From positions 37,613 through 101,612 of the forward strand of contig JBCBUK010000016.1 of assembly GCA_039818205.1 (NCBI GenBank): a stretch of DNA of 64,000 nucleotides, in the 5' to 3' direction. This stretch comes from Verrucomicrobiota bacterium. GTDB lineage: Bacteria; Verrucomicrobiota; Verrucomicrobiia; Opitutales; Cerasicoccaceae. The translations under genes were made by a program, and so were the position numbers. Under the pieces are notes generated by a model. The model worked only from the letters and a program-made list of their open reading frames with translations. It was not told the DNA's origin and ran no database searches. Shown here in pieces: positions 1 through 8,928 of this stretch. The first letter of the stretch is position 1; every line of letters begins with the position of its first letter.

Positions 1-183
1 AGCCGTGAGGCCGACCTGCGATCAGCTCGAGAACATTTCCAATCCGTGCTCAACTGGCTGGAGGGACATTTACGCGAAAATCCTTATCAATGGTTCAATT
101 TTTTAAAGTTGAATCCGATTGCCACAGCGGACACTGATTTGACTACATGCAATCGAGTGCCGCATCAAACGAAGCGCCCCTAG
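1..183 (+). CDS. C-terminal part of an LpxL-like (lipid A lauroyl) acyltransferase-family protein; gene starts upstream of the window
   Basis: Frame +1 reads SREADLRSAREHFQSVLNWLEGHLRENPYQWFNFLK...KRP*, with TAG at 181-183. PYQWFNF is the typical C-terminal motif of this family in aryl-polyene-type clusters. Absent from the ORF track because it has no start in the window. Confidence 0.75.
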   Translation, partial: SREADLRSAREHFQSVLNWLEGHLRENPYQWFNFLKLNPIATADTDLTTCNRVPHQTKRP

Positions 184-944
184 GACGGTATATCATCTAT
201 TTGGGTCTAGTCCTATTTTTCGGACTAGGAGCACTCGCCTACAACCTCCTTTGTCTAATCAACGGGATTCTTCCATTTCGAGAGCGGCGGCGAGCGGTGA
301 TGCGTCGCCTAATGATCGGCCTGCTAAAACTCTTCATCGCAATGATTGAGTTCGGTGGAGTTGGTAAGGTCTCGTTCAAAGGTCTGCGAGAATCCATTCC
401 GGAGGGGCCATCGCTCATTGTGGCCAATCACACCGGTTTACTGGATGCACTTTTCCTCCTTACTGAGCTGCCCGACGCCGTCTGTGTTTTCAAATCTGGC
501 CTACGCAATAATCCGTTCTTTTGCGGAATTATTCGCGAAAACGGATTTATAGCCAACGATGAGGGGCTCGATCTTTTGCATGCCATGAACGATGCACTAG
601 CGACTGGACGGCCCGTACTCGTATTCCCCGAAGGCACTCGCACCGATGCACCGCCACTTAACGAATTCCATGGCGGTTTTGCCCTGGTGGCACGCCGTTC
701 ACAGGCCCCGGTTCGGACAATTATCATTCGAAACTCCTGTGGACTTTTGGCCAAAGGCGGTGGGCTCCTCCGCCGCTATGCCATTCCGTTTCGATATACA
801 TTCGAACCTGGAGATGTATTCTTCTATCAGGATGGCGAGCGAGCAGTTACTTTTAGTCATCGCATCGAACACTTCTTTCGAGAAATACTATCCATTGACG
901 ACTTTGCTCCATGGCAGATAGCACGAATCAATCACTCTTCGTAG
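147..944 (+). CDS. Lysophospholipid / 1-acyl-sn-glycerol-3-phosphate acyltransferase family protein
   Basis: NHTGLLD (HX4D) and FPEGTRT motifs; N-terminal membrane segment. Confidence 0.9.
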   Translation: MQSSAASNEAPLGRYIIYLGLVLFFGLGALAYNLLCLINGILPFRERRRAVMRRLMIGLLKLFIAMIEFGGVGKVSFKGLRESIPEGPSLIVANHTGLLDALFLLTELPDAVCVFKSGLRNNPFFCGIIRENGFIANDEGLDLLHAMNDALATGRPVLVFPEGTRTDAPPLNEFHGGFALVARRSQAPVRTIIIRNSCGLLAKGGGLLRRYAIPFRYTFEPGDVFFYQDGERAVTFSHRIEHFFREILSIDDFAPWQIARINHSS

Positions 945-1210
945 ACGCCACAAACTCCTACAGCGACGGCCACTTTCCGGGGCATCCGATTGTTCCGGCA
1001 GCAGCGCAGGTTGAATGGATCATGAAACAACTCGAAGCTCAACAGCCCCAGATTCGATCGTGGAAGATCAAACAGCTCAAGATGATTCGCGAACTCAAAC
1101 CTGAACGAGAAGTCAACATTCGGACCGGGCCACACAAACAAGGTTGGCTTGGTAAGGTCGAAGATTCCGACGGTCCGTATGCGGAACTATTCCTGGTTCC
1201 CCATGAGTAA
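911..1210 (+). CDS. Small FabZ/ApeI-like hotdog-fold dehydratase
   Basis: GHFPGHPIVPAAAQ motif; overlaps both neighbours in the operon. Confidence 0.8.
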   Translation: MADSTNQSLFVDATNSYSDGHFPGHPIVPAAAQVEWIMKQLEAQQPQIRSWKIKQLKMIRELKPEREVNIRTGPHKQGWLGKVEDSDGPYAELFLVPHE

Positions 1211-1988
1211 GTCAGGCAGCCACGTCCTCGTGATTCCATCGTATAACACGGGACGCATTTTGGAATCAACCATTCGCGAGGCCATTGCCGAGTGGAATCC
1301 AGTTTGGTTGTTTATCGACGGATCAACGGACCAGGCCCATAAACGCTTCCTAGATGAGCCCGATAATTGGCCTGGCTTGAAGGTATTCGTCAGCGAATCC
1401 AATCGTGGCAAGGGAGCGACTAGTCTTTGGGCGGCTGACGAGGCTGCACGTGCCGGATTCACCCATATGCTATTGATGGATGCCGATGGCCAGCATCCGG
1501 CCAATCAGATTCAGGAGTTCATGGATCTATCGGCCCGATACCCAGAAGCACTCATCATGGGCCAGCCCGACTTTGGCCCAGATGCACCATGGATCCGGCT
1601 AGCAGGAAGGCAACTGAGCGTTGCGCTCACCCAGATAGAAACGCTTTGGGGCGGACTGGCCGATCCACTGTTCGGCTTCCGGGTCTATCCCGTAGAGCCC
1701 TTGCGCAAAGCCTTTACAAATACAGACCTTGGGCGCCGATATGACTTTGATCCAGCCGCAGCCGTGCACTTGTACTGGCAAGGAATTCGACCCGTTCGGC
1801 AGCGCGCAACGGTGCGCTACGTTTCAACGGAAGCCGGTGGCATAAGCCACTTTCATTATGTGCGAGACAATGTGACGATGGTCAAACTGCACCTGCGTTT
1901 GTTGCCGCATTTCCTGGCCAAGTTGCCGAAAGTCTTCCGATTAAGTCGTCAATATCGCGCGGCCGCCCGAGCAGCAGAGGCTCGATAA
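1203..1988 (+). CDS. Glycosyltransferase family 2
   Basis: VIPSYN, DGSTD, NRGKG and DADGQH motifs. The ATG at 1203 (MSKSGSHVLV) is preferred over the track's 1149 start. Confidence 0.9.
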   Translation: MSKSGSHVLVIPSYNTGRILESTIREAIAEWNPVWLFIDGSTDQAHKRFLDEPDNWPGLKVFVSESNRGKGATSLWAADEAARAGFTHMLLMDADGQHPANQIQEFMDLSARYPEALIMGQPDFGPDAPWIRLAGRQLSVALTQIETLWGGLADPLFGFRVYPVEPLRKAFTNTDLGRRYDFDPAAAVHLYWQGIRPVRQRATVRYVSTEAGGISHFHYVRDNVTMVKLHLRLLPHFLAKLPKVFRLSRQYRAAARAAEAR

Positions 1989-2061
1989 ATAGTAACGAAT
2001 TTCACGCACCCCAAAAGCTTAGATTGAACTCGCCCGGCATCGTTGTATAACCAGAGCCTTT

Positions 2062-2655
2062 GTGAGATTATCTAAGATCATATTGGCACTCGGTGCGATG
2101 TTCGTCGTTTCTTCCATATCTACCTGGGCAGAAAACGATGCGCTAACGCCCTACGTATCAGCGCTAGAATGGCCAGCCGACGCCCCGGTTATGATGATTG
2201 CTTTTTCGGAGGAGCGGCAGTTCCCATTCCGCAAATTCCCAAAGCGCTTTGCGGGCACGATGTATCGTTCCCCAAAGGGCGAGCTTGCTATCTGCTATAA
2301 CTCACCGCGAGCGATGCGAATTTTGCTAAATAAAGATGAAATTCTGATCGAACGCGATGGCCGCCTAAGTCCGTTGCCAGCAAGCTCGGTTGACGCGGGT
2401 GCGATGTATGATCTCCTAGATGGCAACTTGGAAATGCTCCGAGCGAATTGGCAACCTGAAGCGCGAGACGATGGATTCCGGCTTCGCCCCAAAGCGGATT
2501 CGTTGCGGGACGCGGTCAAATGGATCGATGTAAGCATCGTGGACAATCAGGTCAGATCCGTGGCAGTCCACCAATCGAACCAAGCCATTCGACGCTATGA
2601 ATTTGCGGATTCGCGGCCTGCAGATTTAGCCGGATGGGATCCATTTTCTCGCTAA
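2062..2655 (+). CDS. LolA-like outer-membrane lipoprotein carrier protein
   Basis: Signal peptide and an 'FSEERQFPF...GTMY' LolA-like N-terminus; lies directly before the MMPL exporter, as in aryl-polyene clusters. Confidence 0.65.
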   Translation: MRLSKIILALGAMFVVSSISTWAENDALTPYVSALEWPADAPVMMIAFSEERQFPFRKFPKRFAGTMYRSPKGELAICYNSPRAMRILLNKDEILIERDGRLSPLPASSVDAGAMYDLLDGNLEMLRANWQPEARDDGFRLRPKADSLRDAVKWIDVSIVDNQVRSVAVHQSNQAIRRYEFADSRPADLAGWDPFSR

Positions 2656-2656
2656 T

Positions 2657-4954
2657 ATGCAGGGATCCAATTCCTCAATGAAGAATCTGTGGATCGCCCT
2701 CATTCTGCTGTTGGGTTTTCCGATTGGCTATCTACTCACCGTCAATTGGCCCACGGCTTTCAACAGCAACATTCTCGAATTACTACCTGACGCAAACGAT
2801 TCTGCGGCTGCGCGCGAAGCACGCCAACAAATCCGCGCCCACCTATCCAATCCGGTCCTCGTTAAGGTTAGCGGTTTTGATGCGCCAAGGGAAAACATGG
2901 TTCGCCAACTGCGTACGGCAATAGACAGTCAACCAGAATTCGGGGCCCCTTTCATCGTCGGTGATCCCAGTGAAGCGGCATCAGTTTTCGAGACCTTGCA
3001 ATCCAACCAGGAAACGATTTTGGCTGCTTCATGGATCGATTCGCAGTTCCAGAGATTTGAAGAAGCTCAGCCCGAAACATCATTTCCAGAGTGGCTTGCA
3101 AGGGAGAGTGCCGACAACTTGGATACCTTTCTTGAGCAGCCCATGAGCGTTGCTTACTCAGAGCACATCCCGGCAGATCCGTTGTTATTGCTGCCTGGAC
3201 TCTTCGCAAAACTCCCTCAGCTCGAAGCAACGCAATCCGAAGCTATTTATGCTTGGATTCCTACAACCCATGATCCGATGTCAGCTGGTAGCAAGGCAGT
3301 CATTGAGGAATCACTCGACCTAGTCCTTGAAGCCCTGAAGCGAGCCGATGAAAAAACGGTGCTCAAGGCCAGCGGTGTCTATCGGCTCGCCGGAGTCAGC
3401 GCCGAACGAACCCAACAAGAGGTATCGCAGCTAAATATTGCTATGGTTGTTGGGATCTTTGGATTGCTGCTGCTGCTTGCTGGTCGACCAGGCTTTCTCT
3501 TGCTCACTTTTATTCCGCTGCTGGTTGCCGCACTTTGGAGTATCGTGGGTGGCTTGTTGGCATTTGGACAAATTCATGTCATTGCGTTGGCGGTCGCATC
3601 AGTCGTGCTAGGTCTAGCAGTGGACTATGGTGTTCACCTTTCGACACAGCGGGGAAGTAGCAGTCTAGAAGCGACTTGGCCGAAGGTAAGGCTTCCGCTG
3701 ATCACCAGCTGCATATCAACCTGCTTTGGGTTCTTTTTTCTACTGCTGTCCCCGAGTGCAGCGCTACGGCAAGTCGGAATTATGGCTCCCGCTGGATTGG
3801 TCGGGGCGCTGTTGGCGGTTCGGTGGCTTCTGCCGCATTTAGAACGTTGGGCGGGAGCCTATCGCATCCGCCCATTCTTGGAGCGGCCTGCACCGAGACT
3901 CCCGATGAAAGTGCGACTCGTGATTCCCCTCTCGACGGGTGCCATTGCCTGCATCATCATCGTCGGCCTTGGCTCCTTTGACGATGACGTTCGAAGTTTT
4001 CAGATCCCCATCCAAGAGGAACTCGAAGGCTACCAACAACTCGTGAGCGAGATCAGCCCAGGCGCGACTACCAATCGTTGGCTGTGTTTTGCCTCAAGCC
4101 CGGCTGACCTGATTGACAATCTTAAGCAAACTCGTGACCAACTCGGAATCGACCCCTTGTTACCGATTGCCGCAATCGATCCCCAGGCGAAGTCATGGCA
4201 GACATTCATCGCCGAACAGGAAACGTTTACCGATGCCTTCCGCACGGAACTCGAAGCTCACGGGTTCGAGTCCACTGCCTTTCAGCCATTCTTTGACAAG
4301 CTAAGTAATGCGAGTCGATGGCAATCACCCGAATCAGTCGAAAAAGCACTTACCGAACTTGCGAGTGAGCTACCACCCCCGCTGGCACCCGTACTCCTCA
4401 ACAAAGGAACGACATGGCTGTCGGTTTATGAGGTTCCCGATGGCACAACTCTACCTGACAGCCTGCGCGATTTCACCCTCGAGCTTTCCGAACGAAATTC
4501 ACTAAATAGTGCACTTATGACGGCACGAAACGCTATCATCAACAGTATGCTCTGGGGCGTGATCGGGATGATGGCTTGTGTATTTTCTCTCTATGGACTC
4601 AGTCGTGGCACACAGGCACTCGCAGTACCTTTCTGGTCCGTTTCTCTCGGCTTAGCCACAATCGTGATCACCGGCCAGCACATCGGATTGCTCGCGATTA
4701 TCGGCGTGGTGCTTGCATTTTGTCTCGCTCTGGACTACGGCGCCTTCGCTGCCAGCTCTCGCGAACCACCAGCATCGATTCGAATTTCTTCCATCACTAC
4801 CGTCTGTACGTTTTTGATTCTATCGCTGTGTAGTATTCCCGCAATCGCCCAATTAGGAAAGGTCGTGGCGTCGTCGGTATTTTTTGCATGGATTGGTGCT
4901 GAACTCCTGTGTATGCAATCACCCATTAAATTGAGCAAGACCGCCCATGAGTGA
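2657..4954 (+). CDS. MMPL/RND-family lipid exporter
   Basis: Two hydrophobic multi-TM halves with GLAVDYG and CLALDYG motifs, each following a large soluble domain. Confidence 0.85.
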   Translation: MQGSNSSMKNLWIALILLLGFPIGYLLTVNWPTAFNSNILELLPDANDSAAAREARQQIRAHLSNPVLVKVSGFDAPRENMVRQLRTAIDSQPEFGAPFIVGDPSEAASVFETLQSNQETILAASWIDSQFQRFEEAQPETSFPEWLARESADNLDTFLEQPMSVAYSEHIPADPLLLLPGLFAKLPQLEATQSEAIYAWIPTTHDPMSAGSKAVIEESLDLVLEALKRADEKTVLKASGVYRLAGVSAERTQQEVSQLNIAMVVGIFGLLLLLAGRPGFLLLTFIPLLVAALWSIVGGLLAFGQIHVIALAVASVVLGLAVDYGVHLSTQRGSSSLEATWPKVRLPLITSCISTCFGFFFLLLSPSAALRQVGIMAPAGLVGALLAVRWLLPHLERWAGAYRIRPFLERPAPRLPMKVRLVIPLSTGAIACIIIVGLGSFDDDVRSFQIPIQEELEGYQQLVSEISPGATTNRWLCFASSPADLIDNLKQTRDQLGIDPLLPIAAIDPQAKSWQTFIAEQETFTDAFRTELEAHGFESTAFQPFFDKLSNASRWQSPESVEKALTELASELPPPLAPVLLNKGTTWLSVYEVPDGTTLPDSLRDFTLELSERNSLNSALMTARNAIINSMLWGVIGMMACVFSLYGLSRGTQALAVPFWSVSLGLATIVITGQHIGLLAIIGVVLAFCLALDYGAFAASSREPPASIRISSITTVCTFLILSLCSIPAIAQLGKVVASSVFFAWIGAELLCMQSPIKLSKTAHE

Positions 4955-5363
4955 CACGCTTCCGACAGTGCCTGAATTGATCCCCCATCGCGATCCGATG
5001 ATCTTCCTTCAGCATTTAACCCAGCTCTCGTCAGAGTCGGTTCAGGCCAGAACATACTTTCCGCAAGGTGCTTTGGGGCGTGATGGAATTGAGCCCTCGA
5101 ACGCCTGGTCCCTCGAAATCGTGTCGCAGGCCTGCGCGGCCTTCATTGGGCATAATTGTCAGGAGGAGGGCTATCGCCAAGGGCGACTCATCAAGGCAAC
5201 CAATTGGATCCTCGAACAAACGACGATTCCGCTACACGAGGAGCTCACAGTCGAAGCAACACTAACGATGTCGAGTTCGTTGGGTTTATTTGTTTTCACT
5301 GGCACCCTCGCCAGCAACAGCCAGCGGTTAGCGCACGGCCAAATTTCCATCCTTGCGCAATGA
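4947..5363 (+). CDS. ApeP-like hotdog-fold dehydratase
   Basis: ELIPHRDPM and LEIVSQACAA motifs. Confidence 0.8.
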   Translation: MSDTLPTVPELIPHRDPMIFLQHLTQLSSESVQARTYFPQGALGRDGIEPSNAWSLEIVSQACAAFIGHNCQEEGYRQGRLIKATNWILEQTTIPLHEELTVEATLTMSSSLGLFVFTGTLASNSQRLAHGQISILAQ

Positions 5364-6712
5364 GCCAGCCTTCCATCTTAATCAACCGATGGGAAGCGGT
5401 CATTTCCGAGCGGGCAGACCAGCCGGCGATCTTCGAGGGCGAATCCGATCGAGTGTGGACTTTCAACGAAATCGAAAAGCGTTCCTTGCACTGGAAGAAA
5501 TCACTCTCGGGAGAAAAGATCGACCGCCACGCAGTTGTGCTCGATATGCCCAATGGATTAGATTGGGTCGCCGCATTGTTGATGCTTCTCCGAGAGGATT
5601 CCGTTGTTGTGCCAGTTGACACTGGCATAACCAATGAGCAGCGTATTGAGATCGGTGAGATGGTTGGCGCACGGGGTAGACTAAGCCTCGATGGTTGGCA
5701 GAAAGGAGTCACCAAGCCTCGCCAGTGGGATTCGGAGCTTTGCTTACTCAAGGTAACCTCCGGTTCGAGCGGCTCCCGCCAAGCAATCCCATTTACAGGC
5801 AACGAGCTATGTGCCGATGCCGACAACATCCAAACCACCATGGCGTTTGGACCAAATGATCGCAACTATGCCCTGCTACCCTTTGGACACTCCTACGCTC
5901 TGGGTAATTTGATCGTTCCACTACTCACCAATGGCGTGCCTTTAGTTCTCGGAAGTAGCGCGTTTCCCCGGGCAATTGCCGAGGAAGTTCGTCGGCACCA
6001 GGCAACGGTGTTCCCTGGCGTACCAGCAATATTTGAAGGCCTAGCGAATACGGACGACGTGCGCCTGGACTCGCTTCGGCTTGCAATTACTGCAGCTGCA
6101 CCGCTGAAGCCTGAGCTTGCAAAGCGATTTCTTGCCCGGTTTGGACAACCCTTGCATAACTTTTATGGAGCCAGTGAGTGTGGAGGCATCGCCTACGACC
6201 GCACGGGTGATTGTGGATTCGATAGCCACGCCATCGGGACCCCCCTCAAGAATGTGGAGCTCGACACCGATGGCGACGGCCTGCTCAACGTTCGATCTGC
6301 GGCCGTCAGCAGTTTTGGCCGCAAAAAAGACGCTTTGGGAAATGCATCGATCTGGCTCAATGACCGTGTGCATCTTGGACCGAATTCCGAAGTAAGCCTT
6401 CTCGGAAGAGCTGATCGAGTGGTCAAGTGCATGGGCAAACGCATTGATCTGGAGGCTATCGAGAGTGTAGCCAGTAAGATTCCATACGTTCGGAGTGCGG
6501 CAACCATCTACTTGGAGGATTCAGATCGACTTGCCATTGTATACTCCGGCTCGGCGAATTCCAAAACGGTGCTAGAGTCCATTCAATCGCACTTTCCAGA
6601 ATACCGGGCGCGGTTTCGCGTAAAACGCGTCGATACACTTCCTCAAACGGAACGTGGAAAGATCGATCAGGCGAAACTGCGCCGGATGTTTAGCATGTCG
6701 CCATCGGCATAG
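5360..6712 (+). CDS. AMP-binding acyl-CoA/acyl-ACP ligase (ANL superfamily)
   Basis: TSGSSG P-loop, FYGASECGG, GRADR and LPQTERGKID motifs. The ATG at 5360 overlaps the upstream stop (ATGA). Confidence 0.85.
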   Translation: MSQPSILINRWEAVISERADQPAIFEGESDRVWTFNEIEKRSLHWKKSLSGEKIDRHAVVLDMPNGLDWVAALLMLLREDSVVVPVDTGITNEQRIEIGEMVGARGRLSLDGWQKGVTKPRQWDSELCLLKVTSGSSGSRQAIPFTGNELCADADNIQTTMAFGPNDRNYALLPFGHSYALGNLIVPLLTNGVPLVLGSSAFPRAIAEEVRRHQATVFPGVPAIFEGLANTDDVRLDSLRLAITAAAPLKPELAKRFLARFGQPLHNFYGASECGGIAYDRTGDCGFDSHAIGTPLKNVELDTDGDGLLNVRSAAVSSFGRKKDALGNASIWLNDRVHLGPNSEVSLLGRADRVVKCMGKRIDLEAIESVASKIPYVRSAATIYLEDSDRLAIVYSGSANSKTVLESIQSHFPEYRARFRVKRVDTLPQTERGKIDQAKLRRMFSMSPSA

Positions 6713-6752
6713 CCCAACAACCTAAAAGAACGATTCGACTCGAGTCGCTTTC

Positions 6753-7787
6753 CTAGAACTCGACCTGGTGACGCTGAAGTGTCTGTTTCACAACCAGGCT
6801 GATTTCAGCCATCTGATCAGGCGGGAACTCATGTTCCTGACTCGCCCAGTCGCGTAGCGAAGACGGATCCTCAGCCGCCCAGTTGTGAAAGAGCATCACC
6901 AGCGAAGTCGAACGATACATGGGGTCGACCGGTGCGGCCGCAAGGTCCACCAACTCAGAATAGGGATATCCTTTGTCAATACCCAGACTCACGATGCTAG
7001 AAATCGCTCCATCAAGATCCGGCGTCTCTTCAATCGAGTTGATATAGTCGATTGCGGAATTTACGTCGCCCGCGGTTGATTCGACTACAATCGCGGTAAA
7101 AGCCCGAGCCCGAATCGGTCCCTCAGGGAGGTCGACGGCTTTGCTCCAAGCAACCTCAGGGGTAAAGTTGCTAAGCATCGTACCAATCGTTGCACCCGAT
7201 CTCAATGAGGCAGCGTCCTCGGGATTACTCATGATCCAATCGTAGGCGACATCGGCGCTTTCCGCCCCGCTACCGGCTAAGAAGAAGTCTCCAACAACAC
7301 TACTGAACAGCGGCCCAGTTGCTCGAAGCTGCTCAATTTTCTCGAGATTCTCAGCCAACGGCTTCTCACGGTAAAAATCCATCATAGCCCGAGTAATCAT
7401 CTCAATCTCCTCAAACTCGGGGTCCTCAACTTCCATAGACTCTGGATATCGGCGCTCAGCAAGGTATGCGAGCACCTCTGCTTCGTGCGTGCGCAATAGC
7501 TCGACGAGCAGAAGGTATTTGTCGCTGGAGACATGTGCATCCGTAAGAATAAAATCTAATTGCTCCGCCACCGTTGGAGGCGGCACGTAGTCTTCGATAT
7601 TGAATTGGAGTTCTTCGGGCAGATATTCAATCGAATGGCCATCGGCTTTTGGCGAGTCATCTGTCGGCTCAACGGCGATCGATTTAACCTCAATGGCACC
7701 ATCGGGCTGGGACGTCTCCGGCAGAAACGTGATCACCAAAAATGCCGCAAGACAAAGAACAACAATAGTGACGATTTGGGCTCTCAT
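6753..7787 (-). CDS. Membrane-anchored alpha-helical repeat protein of unknown function
   Basis: N-terminal TM helix, acidic composition and repeated 'A..W...P' / 'WAAEDP' helical units; similar in style to 60430-61839. Confidence 0.6.
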   Translation of the reverse strand: MRAQIVTIVVLCLAAFLVITFLPETSQPDGAIEVKSIAVEPTDDSPKADGHSIEYLPEELQFNIEDYVPPPTVAEQLDFILTDAHVSSDKYLLLVELLRTHEAEVLAYLAERRYPESMEVEDPEFEEIEMITRAMMDFYREKPLAENLEKIEQLRATGPLFSSVVGDFFLAGSGAESADVAYDWIMSNPEDAASLRSGATIGTMLSNFTPEVAWSKAVDLPEGPIRARAFTAIVVESTAGDVNSAIDYINSIEETPDLDGAISSIVSLGIDKGYPYSELVDLAAAPVDPMYRSTSLVMLFHNWAAEDPSSLRDWASQEHEFPPDQMAEISLVVKQTLQRHQVEF

Positions 7788-7803
7788 GGTGTGGGGGTAT
7801 CGT

Positions 7804-8928
7804 TTAGTTGTCGCTGGAAGGGCTTAGTCGCTCAAACACGAGCATTTCATCGTAATTGATCAGGAAGTCGTCCATTTTTGGACCATTGACCAGATAGGTC
7901 CGCCCCGAATATGGCGGCTCGTTTATTGGCGGTTCAATGCGTTCAGTCAGCCACTCAATAAATGCATAGCGATAGGCACCAGCACGAACCTTCTTAAGCA
8001 CACCCGTTGCGCCCTCCTCGCTTAGTCGCTCCTGTTCTGACATCTCGGTCTTACCGCCGAGATAGATTCGTTGGGTAAATCCATCGAGTGCCTCGAGTTC
8101 GAAATAGTGCTCGCCCGTGACTCCACCGTTCTCGCGCTCAAAGGATCCCGGTAAGACGTCCTTAATAAACATCGAAGCGAATGCGTAATCAACCGTTTGA
8201 GTCAGATTGAGCAACTGATTCTTCCGCCCAGACTGGCCATCAACAATCGTATAAGGCTCCTCTCGGCTGCTCCGGTTTAGTACCCATACTGGCTCGCCAT
8301 CGATCACATAGGTAATGCGGCGGTAGGCGTAAGGGTTACTCAGGATGTTCATAATCCAATGAGAAGGTATCGTATTGAAAAACGCTAATGAGCTTCCCAC
8401 GAGCCGAACCTCATCGCTATCCGCAATCCGCACAAAACTTCGCCCATCGAACTCGTCCCCGAACATGATCGAAGCCTCACTGTCTGATGCCTGAAGCGTG
8501 CCAACGATCAAGCTGGCATGATAACCATTGGCACCAAAGAGATCGACGCGACAGCCTTTCCCTGTGCCGCCGTTGGCCATCGGATCCTCCACGCCAAGCC
8601 GTTCCCATTGACTCTCATCAACTTCAGTTTTTTGGACAGACTGAAGCTCGGCCAACAAACTGAATATATCATGGAGTCTCGCCGCGTCAGCCAAGTAATT
8701 GTCTTTCTCAAGAATCACCCAATTGTTACCTTGCTTCAAGAAGGTCAAGGTTCCGAATCGATTGCTGACAACGAGCTTGTTTAGTTCGCTCACCGGCAAG
8801 CCTGGAAACACGAGCTTCTCATTGTGGCTCACCTCTTCACTGACGAACTGACGCTCCTGCAACATGAAGAACGCGACTCCGGCCAATAAACCAAGAAAGA
8901 TCAGGATAACTAATGCTTGTTTTTTCAT
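7804..8928 (-). CDS. DUF4340-like membrane-anchored protein of the Gld-type ABC operon
   Basis: N-terminal TM, 'W...EKDNYLAD' and 'LGV' motifs; ATGA overlap with the GldG-like stop at 8925-8928. Confidence 0.7.
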   Translation of the reverse strand: MKKQALVILIFLGLLAGVAFFMLQERQFVSEEVSHNEKLVFPGLPVSELNKLVVSNRFGTLTFLKQGNNWVILEKDNYLADAARLHDIFSLLAELQSVQKTEVDESQWERLGVEDPMANGGTGKGCRVDLFGANGYHASLIVGTLQASDSEASIMFGDEFDGRSFVRIADSDEVRLVGSSLAFFNTIPSHWIMNILSNPYAYRRITYVIDGEPVWVLNRSSREEPYTIVDGQSGRKNQLLNLTQTVDYAFASMFIKDVLPGSFERENGGVTGEHYFELEALDGFTQRIYLGGKTEMSEQERLSEEGATGVLKKVRAGAYRYAFIEWLTERIEPPINEPPYSGRTYLVNGPKMDDFLINYDEMLVFERLSPSSDN

